From assembly GCA_003231975.1 (NCBI GenBank), contig QIKW01000270.1:1-61083 (forward strand): 61,083 nucleotides of DNA, written 5' to 3'. This stretch comes from Acidimicrobiia bacterium (lineage in GTDB: Bacteria; Actinomycetota; Acidimicrobiia; Acidimicrobiales; SZUA-35). This document shows, in pieces, positions 26,815 through 36,766 of this stretch (position 1 is the first letter of the stretch; each line of letters begins with the position of its first letter). The translations under genes and the position numbers were made by a program. The notes below the pieces were generated by a model. The model was not told the DNA's origin. It ran no database searches and saw only the letters and a program-made list of their open reading frames with translations.

Positions 26815-28073
26815 CGCAACACGCTTGCGCCGTGCTGCATGACGTCGCCTGCCATGTCAAGCAGCACTTTTGCTCGATCCTCGAATCCAGGTTCGAGATG
26901 GCGTGAAACCAGCAAGGCCTGATCCAGCAGGGCTGCTGCTGTGTAGAACGCAAGATCACCCGATCCGGACGGGTTGTCCTGCTGGTGGAGCTCAACGGAC
27001 TCGCCGACAAGCGAGGTCAGCAGGGCAATCGGGAGCTCTGGCCGTCGAACTGCCAGCGCATGCGGGTGGGCCAGCAGTCGGCCAGCGTCTCGGTACGGAT
27101 GACCAATTGCGGCTCGCTCCCAGTCGACCAGCCACACAGCGTCGCCGTCAACCATGAACTGGTTCAGGTGAAGGTCGCCGTGAGAAACTCCGAGCCGGCC
27201 GGGGCATGGAGCGCGCCTGTCAAGCAGGGCACTGAGAAGCCTGAACTCACGATTCGGCCCAGGAAGGTAGGAGGCAACATCATCCAGTACCCGCTGGGTG
27301 CGATAGAGATCGAAGCCAGGCGTCTCGACGTCGAGCCCCGCCTTATCGATCCGACCGATCCGACCGAGAATGTCTGCGATCGCCGCCGGTTCTGGCCGGT
27401 TCTGTCTGATTGTCTCAACCAGAGGCTCAGCGGTCAACGCCTCCTCCAGGTGGAGACGACCGTCTTCCAGGCAGGCGATTGGTTCGGGAACGTTTATGCC
27501 CGCAGCGCGGGCGGCCGTATTCACTCGGCCAAGCTTGGGTGCAGCCGAATTGCTGGTGAGACGGAAGAAGAAAGATAAGTCCGGTCGCTTTGGCGACTTC
27601 GGGACCAGGTGCGCTAGGCCGACCAACCGTCTCTCCGGCTTGTACCGCAATACTTTGACACTTGAGCGCAGATAGTCGAACGGGGCCCCACCCAAATGAT
27701 CACCTACGACGTACCGGATCTTCTCAGCAGAGCTGACCCAGCGCAGCCGCCGGATCTTGGCGTCGTTGGGGAACAGGAACAAGGCGGCATGAGGATCAAG
27801 AAGGCGGACCCCTGGCCCAAGATCAGAGCAAGCAGGCTTCTTTGTGTTGGCCTTGGCAACGATGCGGGCTGCCCTCTCCTTTTCGTGGCTCCAGCGCAGA
27901 TAGCCTCGATGGGTCCGGGCTTCTGACCGCATTTCCAAGGCAACCACCATTCCCGAGCCTGGTTTGTAACGAACATAAGTGGCCTCTGCGGCCTCGATGT
28001 CCATCCCCCCTGCCACGAGGAAGCGAGTCAACTCGCCGGGGTCGGTTAGCTGCTCGGCAACGGAACTGATCAT
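26811..28073 (-). CDS. APH/choline-kinase-like phosphotransferase with an N-terminal extension
   Basis: HGDLHLNQ and VDWE; two RYKP motifs. Confidence 0.88.
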   Translation of the reverse strand: MISSVAEQLTDPGELTRFLVAGGMDIEAAEATYVRYKPGSGMVVALEMRSEARTHRGYLRWSHEKERAARIVAKANTKKPACSDLGPGVRLLDPHAALFLFPNDAKIRRLRWVSSAEKIRYVVGDHLGGAPFDYLRSSVKVLRYKPERRLVGLAHLVPKSPKRPDLSFFFRLTSNSAAPKLGRVNTAARAAGINVPEPIACLEDGRLHLEEALTAEPLVETIRQNRPEPAAIADILGRIGRIDKAGLDVETPGFDLYRTQRVLDDVASYLPGPNREFRLLSALLDRRAPCPGRLGVSHGDLHLNQFMVDGDAVWLVDWERAAIGHPYRDAGRLLAHPHALAVRRPELPIALLTSLVGESVELHQQDNPSGSGDLAFYTAAALLDQALLVSRHLEPGFEDRAKVLLDMAGDVMQHGASVLR

Positions 28074-29830
28074 GCGGTTCGCCTTTCTTCCAGCTGCTCA
28101 ACCTCAAGGTGGAGCTTCCCGTCTTCGAGGTGAAGCTGAAATCCGGCCCCCAGTTCTTGAGGGTCGCCATGGTGCACAACGAGAGCTGTTCTACCCTCGG
28201 CGAGGCTGGCGATTGCCCCGATGACCTCTTCGCGCGAAGTTGTGTCCAGGCCGCTGAGAGGCTCGTCCAACAGCAAAATTGGGGCGTCTCGGAGCGCCGC
28301 CCTGGCCAGCATCAAGCGTCTGGCTTCGCCTCCGGAGAGAGACTGGCCGTCTTCGTCAAGCACCGTGTCATAACCATCGGGAAGCCCGTCGATCACCGTG
28401 TCGAACCTTGCGACCAATGCCGCTGCTTCCACTTCCTGCTCGGTTGCCTCGGGCTTCCCATAGAGGATGTTGTCCCGGATCGAGCCGCTGAACAGAGACA
28501 GCTGCTGAGGCACATAGGCAATCTGGGATCGGTAGCTGGCCAGCTTGAAGGACTCGATTGGATGCCCGTCAACGAGAATCTCGCCCGAAGATGGTTTGTA
28601 GAGGCGCATTAGCAGCGCCAGCAGCGTTGATTTCCCAGAGCCGTTGTCGCCGGTCACAACAACGAAACCGCCGGCGGGCAAGCGCACCGATAGCCCTCGC
28701 AACGATTGACGCTTATCGTGATAGCGGTGATGAACGTCGTCGAAGACAAGTTCTCCTCGGAGACGGGGAGCCTTCACCCCACCTCGAGGACCTTCAACCG
28801 GCAAGTCAAGCACGTCAAGCACTCGAGCCGCGCACGCTGTGGCCTTGGCCAGCCGCGCCGCTTCGCCTGTAAGCTTCCTGATTGGCTTGTACATCATCCG
28901 GGTGTAGCTCATAGTCACCAGCAGCTCCCCCGGGGTAAGTAGCCCTGCCCGAACCTTGAAGGCCCCAAACGCCAACACCAGACCGACCCCGGCCCCGGTC
29001 AGAACTTCGGTGGTTCGAGCCAGTCTGGCTGCGTGGCGGGTGGCGGCCATTGTTGCCCGCTCCGCTCCCCGGGCGTCCCTCGTGAACTTCTCCGTTGTGC
29101 GCTTCTCGGCCCCGAACGCCTTCGTAAGATCGATGTGTCTCAGCGCCTCGGCAACGTTGGCGGCAATGCTTCCCTCCTTGCGACGTTGTTTGCCAGCAGC
29201 ACTCTTCACCTTCTTCGATGCGGTCTTGACCCCAACCCAGAGCAGCGGAATTGGCACCAAGGCCAGCAAGAACAGCCTCCAATCGATGATTGCAAAGATG
29301 ACGGCGGCACCAATCAGAACAGTTCCCCTGGACATGATGTTGAGCCAGGACGAAAAGAGCAGGTCCCTCACCATGTTCACGTCGCCCATGATTCGCATAA
29401 GTAGGTCGCCGGTCTGACGGCGCTGATGCTCGGTAAGTTCGATCCTGTGCAAGTGCCGGAACACGTCGGTGCGGATACGAACGGTTGCCTTGCGAGAAAT
29501 CTTGGCAACCGCTATTTGCAGCCGTTCGGTGACCCCGCCGATGGCCGCGGGAACAAAGAACGCCATGGCTGCGAACACCACCAACGACCGGTCTGAGATA
29601 CCAGACAACGCCGTGCCGGCGGCCTCTGGGTCCGCCACTGTTGTGAGGGCATCGATCACCCACTTGACCGGCCACGGACGGACTAGCTCAAGCGCTGTGA
29701 GACCCAGAGCAAGGGCGCCCGCTCCCACCATCGCCAGCTTCTGATCATAAAGCACATGTCGAAACTGAACCCAGGCCCGACCAACATCGCCCCGGTTCAC
29801 CGGGACAGCCAACTTGTTTTGCAACCTCAT
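28070..29830 (-). CDS. ABC exporter (fused TMD-NBD, MsbA-like)
   Basis: TM domain, GDNGSGKST, LSGGE, ILLLDEP. Confidence 0.93.
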   Translation of the reverse strand: MRLQNKLAVPVNRGDVGRAWVQFRHVLYDQKLAMVGAGALALGLTALELVRPWPVKWVIDALTTVADPEAAGTALSGISDRSLVVFAAMAFFVPAAIGGVTERLQIAVAKISRKATVRIRTDVFRHLHRIELTEHQRRQTGDLLMRIMGDVNMVRDLLFSSWLNIMSRGTVLIGAAVIFAIIDWRLFLLALVPIPLLWVGVKTASKKVKSAAGKQRRKEGSIAANVAEALRHIDLTKAFGAEKRTTEKFTRDARGAERATMAATRHAARLARTTEVLTGAGVGLVLAFGAFKVRAGLLTPGELLVTMSYTRMMYKPIRKLTGEAARLAKATACAARVLDVLDLPVEGPRGGVKAPRLRGELVFDDVHHRYHDKRQSLRGLSVRLPAGGFVVVTGDNGSGKSTLLALLMRLYKPSSGEILVDGHPIESFKLASYRSQIAYVPQQLSLFSGSIRDNILYGKPEATEQEVEAAALVARFDTVIDGLPDGYDTVLDEDGQSLSGGEARRLMLARAALRDAPILLLDEPLSGLDTTSREEVIGAIASLAEGRTALVVHHGDPQELGAGFQLHLEDGKLHLEVEQLEERRTA

Positions 29831-30921
29831 GTCGGGCCAAGCGCCATACGCCCAGACAAGGCCAGCCCGATGGCCGCCTCAGTGCGTTCGGCAACATGCG
29901 CCCAAGTCATCGACTCAAAAGCCCGACGCCTACCCGCCCTCCCCATTTGTTCCCGGCCGCGACGGTCGTCCAAGAGCGATCCAACTGCGTCCGCGAATTG
30001 CTCGTCGTTGTCGGGGTCAGAAACCACCAACCCTGCGTCGCCAACCAGCTCGCCGATGTCTCCCTGGTCGGTCGACACGATCGCCAGGCCCGCAGCCAGA
30101 TAGTCCAGAATCTTCAGTGGTGAAAAATAGAAACCAGGTTGAGCCTTGTAGGGGGCCAACCCGACAGCAGCTCTGGTGACCAGCAGGCTGGCAATATCTG
30201 GTTCCACCGCTCCGGTAATCGTCAGCTGCGATTGAACGCCTTGACGGGCCGCTACTTGTTCCAACTCGTCGCCACCATCTCCGCCGCCGATCACCGTGAC
30301 CTGCGGCCGATGACCTCGTTCGTTGAGGAGGCGAATCAGATTCGGTATTCGGTCCGCACCATGCCAGGGCCTCGGGTGACCAAGAAACACAAGCCTGTCA
30401 TCGCGGTCTGAGTGTCGAACCCCATCGGGAAACCAGGCGGGTTCGAATCCGTTCGGGATCACAACGACAGGGCCGTCTCGCAAGGTGCGGGCCCATGCAG
30501 CCAACGTTCGGGAAACAACGATCACAACATCGGCATCACGTAGCAATCTCTCCTCTCGTTCCCCCGCTCCGGGGTCTACCGTCTCTGGTCGATGTTGTCT
30601 TGCCTCTGAAACCAGCGGAGCGTTCACCTCCAGAACAAAGGGGACGCCAAGGCGCCGGGCGTAGCGCAGGCCGCCGCCGCTTGAGAGTGAATAGCGCTCA
30701 TAGACCAGGTCGATGGCGGTTGCGGTCTCCAACTCGGCCAAGCGGACGCAATGAACCGGATGGGGCCCCAGCTGCTCTCGTTCGCTGTAGGTGGTGACGC
30801 TGTGGCCAGCTTCAACCAGACCACCGGCCACACCAGCCAGATGCCGGGCTGCCCCCTTCGTTCCGCCAGGCGCTATTCCCCGATCAGCGCAGAGTTGAGC
30901 GATACGTAGGCTCTGTTTCAT
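29827..30921 (-). CDS. GT4 glycosyltransferase
   Basis: YERYSL, LEVNAPL, RPWHG, FYFSPLKILDYLAAG. Confidence 0.9.
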   Translation of the reverse strand: MKQSLRIAQLCADRGIAPGGTKGAARHLAGVAGGLVEAGHSVTTYSEREQLGPHPVHCVRLAELETATAIDLVYERYSLSSGGGLRYARRLGVPFVLEVNAPLVSEARQHRPETVDPGAGEREERLLRDADVVIVVSRTLAAWARTLRDGPVVVIPNGFEPAWFPDGVRHSDRDDRLVFLGHPRPWHGADRIPNLIRLLNERGHRPQVTVIGGGDGGDELEQVAARQGVQSQLTITGAVEPDIASLLVTRAAVGLAPYKAQPGFYFSPLKILDYLAAGLAIVSTDQGDIGELVGDAGLVVSDPDNDEQFADAVGSLLDDRRGREQMGRAGRRRAFESMTWAHVAERTEAAIGLALSGRMALGPT

Positions 30922-32153
30922 GCCGTCACCAGCCGATTACCGGTGAAGACCTCGATTAGCTCATCTGCTGTGGATTCACGGGAGAAGCGCTCGGCCAGTC
31001 GAATCGGGCCTGCTGCTGCCAGCCGCGACCAAAGCGCAGTATCGGTAAGGAGCTTCATGATGCCGTCTGCCAGTTCTGTGGCACTTCCGGGTGAGACCAA
31101 CAGGCCCTGCCGATGATCGGTAATGATCTCAGGCACACCGGCGACCGGTGTTGAAACTGCTGGCAAGCCTGCGGCCAGGGCCTCCAACAACACGGTCGGA
31201 AGAGCATCCTGGTTGCCGTCGGCCCCAACCACACAAGGAGCAGCCACCACTGTCGCGGTTCGCAACCAGCGAGACACTTCTGTTTGCGTAACAGCTCCCC
31301 GGAAGTCAACCAGATCCTCGATTGCCAGATTGGCGGCCTGGCGTTCGAGCTGAACTCTTTGGTCGCCGTCTCCAAGGATCACACACTGGACTGGCTGCTC
31401 TTTGGCCCTCAGGATCGCGACTGCGTCCAACAGAACGTCGAAGCCCTTCTTTTCAACGAGCCGACCCACTCCAACAACTAGGTCCTTCAGCCGACCGCTT
31501 GGCGGTGCAGGTGGTTCGGGATCGTTCAGGCCGTTGTAGATCCGCCGTAGATTGACCTCGGGCCCAAGTTTGATTTCCAGATGCTCACGGTTGGCATCAC
31601 ACACCGTCACAATCGTCGCCGCCTCCTTGGCTATCAATTGGGCCAGATCCCAATCCACGGTGTGGCGGTAGATGTCTTTGGCGTGGGCGGTCACCGAGAA
31701 AGAAATGCCGGTAAGCAGGTGGGCCAGGTAGGACACATGGGCCGCGATCGTAAGGAAGTGGGCATGGAAGTGAGTGACACCGCCGTCAACTGCCTGGCGC
31801 GCTACCGCAACAGCCTGAACCATTAGGTCGGCCCGCCGCGAGGCTGGGACGCGCTCCAACATCGACACCATCTCGTCGTACCGACCAAGATCCAGACCAG
31901 CCATTGCCGCAAAGGCATCTGCGGCTGCGGCCCTTCCCAACTGAGAAGGGTAAACAACGTCTCCTTGATAGTCAGCAAGCGCTGGGTGGAACCGGCCCTC
32001 GGTTGGCACTCTCAGCGAGAACACCCGGGTAGGAACTCCGGCCGCTTGAAGAGCCAGCAGTTCGTGCAGAATGAACGTTTCTGAAAGGCGCGGGTACTGT
32101 TTCAGCACGTACCCAATGAAGGGATCCTTCCCAATCAACGGATCCTCAGCCAT
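30918..32153 (-). CDS. GT4 glycosyltransferase (WcaL-like)
   Basis: YPRLSETFI, HAHF, TAHAKDIY, GRLVEKKG, DALPTVLLEA. Confidence 0.9.
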   Translation of the reverse strand: MAEDPLIGKDPFIGYVLKQYPRLSETFILHELLALQAAGVPTRVFSLRVPTEGRFHPALADYQGDVVYPSQLGRAAAADAFAAMAGLDLGRYDEMVSMLERVPASRRADLMVQAVAVARQAVDGGVTHFHAHFLTIAAHVSYLAHLLTGISFSVTAHAKDIYRHTVDWDLAQLIAKEAATIVTVCDANREHLEIKLGPEVNLRRIYNGLNDPEPPAPPSGRLKDLVVGVGRLVEKKGFDVLLDAVAILRAKEQPVQCVILGDGDQRVQLERQAANLAIEDLVDFRGAVTQTEVSRWLRTATVVAAPCVVGADGNQDALPTVLLEALAAGLPAVSTPVAGVPEIITDHRQGLLVSPGSATELADGIMKLLTDTALWSRLAAAGPIRLAERFSRESTADELIEVFTGNRLVTA

Positions 32154-33327
32154 GGCTGGCCACCGCTTCCACCGGTACCACTCGCAGCAAAAGCCTCGCT
32201 AGATTCCCGGCTCCGCCGAGGTCCAAAGAACAAGACTGGCGAGGCGACCCAGTGGCACTCCGAACAAAGGCGCCCAACCTGGCACTTGTCAGATCGTTGG
32301 CCCGGCACCACTCGAGGTGAGACACCTGAGAAAGCCGCTTGGCTCGAAGAGTTTGCTCTAACCGAGGCTCGGACCGGGGAACGAGAAGAGCGGGAGTCCC
32401 GGCCGCAAGCAGCTCAACAACCGTGTTGTATCCCGCCATCGCAACTACAGCATCGGCCTCGCCAAGACGATTGCGCATTTCTGGATCGAATGTCTTAATC
32501 TCAACATCACTTCCAACCAGGGCCGCCAATCGGGCCAGGCTCTTGCGGCGGCGGCCCGACATCAGTGGGCCAGTAACAACGAGGCTGTGGAAGTCCGCTC
32601 CTGGGTTCTCGACACAGAACTTTAGATACCGATAGCACAGGTCATAGCCGTCACCCCCACCACCAACCGTCACCACAACAAATGGCTTCCTGTTGCCAGC
32701 GCGACGACTGGAATCCGCCCGGGGGCCAGCTGCCGGCGCAGCGTACCCAACGTGGTCGATCGGTTTGCCCAGCCGAGCCTGTAGATCAAGGTCATCCGCC
32801 GTTGATCGCACCCGTCGGTCACCGTAAACAACAACATCGTCATAGCGACTGAGCAGGTTCCAGACTCCGTTCCTAGACCATTCAGCCCTAACTCGACGCG
32901 GCTCGTCGATGATGTCACGAAGCCCCAACACCATCCGAGGCCGCAGCGGGTTGTCGGCCATCCCGGCAAAGACCGGCAACAACTCCCCGCCCATGCCCGC
33001 CGGGGCATGGTCTACCAGCATTACATCAGGCCGATACGCACCAACCGCGGCCTCAATTACCGTCGAGCGAAGCTCCACAACACTTTCGATGTCTCCTGTG
33101 AGGCGACGCGGCCGGTAGGTGCCAGAAGCCGACTTCGTCACAGAAGGCAGCTGTAGAACATCAGTCCTGGTCGGCAACCTGAAGGAACTTGACCGAGGTG
33201 AGCCCGAAACGAGCAACACCTCGGCGTCCTCGCATTGAGCCGTCAACGCCTCGGCGATGGTCGTGTTGCGGCGCAAATGGCCGAGCCCGTAGGTGTCGTG
33301 GCTATAAAAGAGAAAGCGGCGGGTCAT
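32146..33327 (-). CDS. GT-B glycosyltransferase (COG4671/GT28-C-like)
   Basis: YSHDTYGLGHLRR, LGLRDI, TVGGGGDG, MAGYNT, EQTLRA; ATG 33327. Confidence 0.9.
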   Translation of the reverse strand: MTRRFLFYSHDTYGLGHLRRNTTIAEALTAQCEDAEVLLVSGSPRSSSFRLPTRTDVLQLPSVTKSASGTYRPRRLTGDIESVVELRSTVIEAAVGAYRPDVMLVDHAPAGMGGELLPVFAGMADNPLRPRMVLGLRDIIDEPRRVRAEWSRNGVWNLLSRYDDVVVYGDRRVRSTADDLDLQARLGKPIDHVGYAAPAAGPRADSSRRAGNRKPFVVVTVGGGGDGYDLCYRYLKFCVENPGADFHSLVVTGPLMSGRRRKSLARLAALVGSDVEIKTFDPEMRNRLGEADAVVAMAGYNTVVELLAAGTPALLVPRSEPRLEQTLRAKRLSQVSHLEWCRANDLTSARLGAFVRSATGSPRQSCSLDLGGAGNLARLLLRVVPVEAVASHG

Positions 33328-33395
33328 GTGACTCTCACAGTCCTTGGTGTTCCAGAACACCCACAGCATGAACCGAGTCGGGTCCTCATTGGTAT

Positions 33396-33429
33396 CCGAC
33401 ATTGGTCCTAGGACTCTTCTTATTGGGAC
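33396..33429. promoter_or_regulatory. DosR/NarL-like GGAC-N4-GTCC boxes upstream of the glycosyltransferase operon
   Basis: Minus strand AGGAC-CAAT-GTCGG (33396-33409), with neighbouring GGAC half-sites at 33411 and 33426. Confidence 0.45.
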
Positions 33430-33785
33430 CTGCTCTCGCAGGTCCGGCTCCGCCCATCCAGGTCAATAACTCACCGCTCGTCGCCGACGGCGACCACGCC
33501 AAACATGGCAGGGCGAGTTTTGAGCGAAGCGAAAAACTTGCGAAGAGACGAGGCCACAGGCCGAGGAACGGCGACCGCTGTCGCAGGTCCGGCTCCGCCC
33601 ATCCAGGTCAATAACCCGCTGCGTGCCGACGCCGTCGGCAACGCCAAACGCGGGGGTTCCAGGGGGCAGAGCTCCGCGGCGCCCCCGGGAACTCTTCGAG
33701 TTCCTGGGCCAGGCAGGATCCGGCTTCGCCGGTCCTGACTGAAACAAACAGCCCGCCGGGGAACTCCCCGAGTTCCTTGGCGCAA
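33426..33785. repeat. Mosaic of direct repeats and hairpins (REP/BIME-like)
   Basis: Perfect 35-bp repeat at 33436-33470 and 33581-33615, degenerate copy at 33711-33745; second repeat GGGAACTC-nn-CGAGTTCCT near 33687 and 33759; many inverted repeats. Confidence 0.8.
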
Positions 33786-33795
33786 CAAAAGACGC

Positions 33796-33824
33796 TCGGT
33801 CGAAAGGGTTTCCATTTCGACCGA
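33796..33824 (-). terminator. Probable terminator hairpin after the response regulator
   Basis: TCGGTCGAAA/TTTCGACCGA 10-bp stem 4 nt after the stop, followed by a T-rich tract on the minus strand. Confidence 0.6.
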
Positions 33825-33828
33825 TTAC

Positions 33829-34446
33829 TTAGCTGTGGATGCCGTGGTCGCGAGCCCACCGAGCGGCCGCGGCCCGGTCTGGGGCTCCGATGGTGGCGTA
33901 GACACTTGTGAGATGGGCCTTCACGGTCTTTTCGGCTATTCCGAGCCTGGTCGCGATCTGACGGTTGGTCAACCCTGCCTCGATCAGCTCAAGCACATCG
34001 TTTTCCCTGGTTGTGATCGACAGTCTGGAGGGACCCCTCGAATCCACGAGCGCTCGGGCCGCCGTGCTGTCTAAGTAGGACGCTCCAACCGAGGCGTCAC
34101 GAACCGCTCTGAGAATGTCTCCCGGCGGTGCGTCTTTCACCACATAGCCAATCATGCCCACATCGAGGCTGGCCAAGACACGGCGATCCTCACGAAACGC
34201 CGTCAACGCCACAATTGCAATCTCTGGATGCAGATCATGAATTGTCTTTGCGGCCTCGATGCCAGAGACCGGGCTCATGCTCAAATCCATCAACATCACA
34301 TCGGGGCTCACCTCAGAGGCAAGGGCGATTGCCTCTTGGCCGCTGGTGGCGACACCGACAAGAGCGATGTCTTCAGCATCGCCAAGCATCACCTGCAGTC
34401 CCTCACGAACAATATGGTGGTCATCGGCAATAGTTACCCGAATCAT
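33829..34446 (-). CDS. NarL/LuxR-family response regulator
   Basis: ADDHHIVREG, MDLSM, TTRENDVL..IAEKTVKAH. Confidence 0.95.
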   Translation of the reverse strand: MIRVTIADDHHIVREGLQVMLGDAEDIALVGVATSGQEAIALASEVSPDVMLMDLSMSPVSGIEAAKTIHDLHPEIAIVALTAFREDRRVLASLDVGMIGYVVKDAPPGDILRAVRDASVGASYLDSTAARALVDSRGPSRLSITTRENDVLELIEAGLTNRQIATRLGIAEKTVKAHLTSVYATIGAPDRAAAARWARDHGIHS

Positions 34447-35759
34447 GCTGGTATCTCGAGCCGAAGGGAGGTGCCCTTTGGTTCCCTTGCATCTATGGCA
34501 ACATCAGCCTCAACGTCGGCTGCCAGGCCTCGCAGTAACTTAAGACCCATGCCCTTCTGATCAGAGACCGACGGTTCGTAGCCGCCGCCATCGTCCATGA
34601 CCGAAGCAACCATGCTTCTCTCATCAGAGACCAGAGACACCTGCACGTTGTCGGCGTTTGCGTGCTTCACAACGTTGCGCAGTCCTTCTTGGACAAATCG
34701 GTACACGAGGCGCTGATGGGGGCCAACGTCTGCTTCAACAGAAACCTTTGTGTCCAAGCCGTACCGATGGTTGTACTGATCGGCCAAATCATTCAAAGCG
34801 GCCTCAAGGCCTACCTCAACTAGGTCAGGAGGGTGGATCTCGATCGCAAGCGTGCGGAGCGACTGAAGCGAGTGCCTCAGGCCTGCCGTTGCTTTTTCGA
34901 TCCTCATCGAAACGTCTCGATTTCCATTGGCCGAGCGGTTTCCGTTAACCGAATTTCCTGCTGCCGACACAAGCATCAGGGTGCCAGACAAGTCTTGGAT
35001 CACGCCGTCGTGGAGATCGGCCGCTATGCGGCGACGCTCAAGCATCGACGCATCGACGGCCCGGGTCAAAAGCTGCTCGCGCTCTAGCGCCGAGCGCACC
35101 ATCCGAGCCTCCATTCTGGCTGCTGTCAACAGTGTAAGGAGGCCAACCAACGCCAAGCTGATCAGCACAATAGGCACCACCGTTGAACGGATTCGGGCAC
35201 TTGCTGCGTCTACTGAACCCGTGGTGAAGTACGTCTCGAAGAGCATGGTTTCGCCATTGGGGCCGTCGAAAGGGAGATAGACCTCCAGAAGTGGCCCGAG
35301 TTCCTGTTCGAATCGGTTTTCGGGATCCCCGAGGTCAAGACTCTCGGCCACCGCTACCGCTTCGGTAACTGCTCGAAGCCGATCCGGCTGGATCGAATAG
35401 TGTTCACCAATCAACTCGGTCGCGTCGGAGTAGACGATGGTTCCGTTGGAGAGCCAAACCTTTACTCGCACAAACGACTCGTCGAGCAGGCGATCCCTTA
35501 CTCGCTCGTCCAGCTTGGCCAAGGCCTCAGGATCGCCGTCGATCAGTTCTGCTGTTAACAACGGCGCAAGCACAGACCGAAGCGACGCCTCGGTGACAGA
35601 CCGAGCTTCATTCAGAGCTTCTCGGTGGCCAGCTCGCTCAGAAGCCCAGACAGCTCCAGCAGCTACCAGGGCCAAGCCCAGGAGAGTCAGAATCAGAAAC
35701 TGTAAGAAAGGGCCATGCCGCCAACCCTGTGTCGCCCCTGGGGCTGCTTCTGCTGTCAT
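34443..35759 (-). CDS. Membrane sensor histidine kinase (HisKA_3)
   Basis: 2 TM helices, RRIAADLHDGVIQ, QEGLRNVVKHA, DDGGG; ATG 35759 after AAGGGGAG. Confidence 0.95.
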   Translation of the reverse strand: MTAEAAPGATQGWRHGPFLQFLILTLLGLALVAAGAVWASERAGHREALNEARSVTEASLRSVLAPLLTAELIDGDPEALAKLDERVRDRLLDESFVRVKVWLSNGTIVYSDATELIGEHYSIQPDRLRAVTEAVAVAESLDLGDPENRFEQELGPLLEVYLPFDGPNGETMLFETYFTTGSVDAASARIRSTVVPIVLISLALVGLLTLLTAARMEARMVRSALEREQLLTRAVDASMLERRRIAADLHDGVIQDLSGTLMLVSAAGNSVNGNRSANGNRDVSMRIEKATAGLRHSLQSLRTLAIEIHPPDLVEVGLEAALNDLADQYNHRYGLDTKVSVEADVGPHQRLVYRFVQEGLRNVVKHANADNVQVSLVSDERSMVASVMDDGGGYEPSVSDQKGMGLKLLRGLAADVEADVAIDAREPKGTSLRLEIPA

Positions 35760-35792
35760 GTCTCCCCTTTGCCGAGCCGTCGAGGCGGGTAT

Positions 35793-35824
35793 AGGAGTCT
35801 GCCCGCAGCGCGGGGCAGACTCCT
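35793..35824. terminator. 12-bp perfect inverted repeat AGGAGTCTGCCC/GGGCAGACTCCT, terminator or leader hairpin
   Basis: Lies between the MsrQ-like gene and the kinase start. Confidence 0.5.
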
Positions 35825-35966
35825 GGGTGTTTCGGCAACTATATGAACGACGGGCCAACAGAACAGGAAACCACCGAAACCGAAATCTTTGGGAGAACTC
35901 TCAGCCTGGTGAGCCAGCGCCGCCCGGCCTTGCGCGGATCCAATGCACCCGGGCCTGGCTGGCCCG

Positions 35967-36740
35967 TTAGGTGCGCACCTGGGCCCGGCTGCCGGGCTTA
36001 CTGGCGGGCTTAATGAAGGCGGTTGCCTGGAGCGCAACAACCGCAAGACCAGCTACCAGAAACGGGACTCGGAACCAGTCGAGGTTTGGCAACGGCGCTT
36101 TGTGAAACGACGGTGTGTAATGGATGAACAGGAAGTAGCCGCCATGCAACAGGGCGAGGAGAAGAACAGACTGGGCGAACCGGTGCAACCAGGTCCAAGC
36201 CGGGCGGCCAAGTCGGCGCAGGGCAAAGTCAGACGAGGTTGCCGCCAGGATAAGGGCCAGTATCAGAGCCACACTTCCGATGATATTGCTAAGACCAAAA
36301 CCAGGCTCCAGCCGCACTTCTCTTCCTAGCTGGGGGACAAACTCATAACCGAGGAACCGACGGAGGCTCCAACGGGCCCACCCATTGAGGATCAGAAATC
36401 CGTGCAGCGAAGCGGTAAGCGCGAACCAGATGCCAATTTGCCTGCGCCAGCGCAGCAGAGACCGCGTCGACGGCGCAAGCTTTGCGATGGGACCGATGAC
36501 CAAACTGAGAAGCAGCAGCATATAGGAGGCGTCGCCTACTGCCTTCCAGAAGCGCATGTCGCCAGTCCAGTTGGACCGCGTCAACCAGAAAATCCAAACC
36601 AGACCGGCCGACAAAACAGCAACCGCGGCATGACGGAGCAAGCGCTGTCCGGAGCGAGCCGACGAGTTCGGAATCTGCTTGGTAGACTTGGTTTTACTGC
36701 CGGACGCTGGTTTCTTCTTGGTACTTGTCTGTGTGGCCAC
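35967..36740 (-). CDS. MsrQ/YedZ-like ferric-reductase-type heme membrane protein
   Basis: RRQIGI..LH, ATS, WTWLHR..LLH; about 6 TM helices. Confidence 0.85.
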   Translation of the reverse strand: MATQTSTKKKPASGSKTKSTKQIPNSSARSGQRLLRHAAVAVLSAGLVWIFWLTRSNWTGDMRFWKAVGDASYMLLLLSLVIGPIAKLAPSTRSLLRWRRQIGIWFALTASLHGFLILNGWARWSLRRFLGYEFVPQLGREVRLEPGFGLSNIIGSVALILALILAATSSDFALRRLGRPAWTWLHRFAQSVLLLALLHGGYFLFIHYTPSFHKAPLPNLDWFRVPFLVAGLAVVALQATAFIKPASKPGSRAQVRT

Positions 36741-36766
36741 GGCGAAAGGTTAGTTCGTGGTTGGAA

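Noticed and set aside
25771..28073. Aminoglycoside resistance genes
   Set aside because: Only the APH fold motif is present; the position inside a glycosyltransferase/exporter operon points to biosynthesis.
33463..33660. Integron attC sites or an IscB/HEARO 5' end (GTCAATAACCC)
   Set aside because: AAC..GTT stems exist but lack RYYYAAC/GTTRRRY boxes, cassette ORFs and an integrase. No iscB/tnpB follows. The short ORFs here look non-coding.
33436..33745. CRISPR array (35-bp repeat ending in AAC)
   Set aside because: Only two exact copies; the roughly 95-110 bp spacers are too long, resemble each other and are hairpinned; no cas genes.
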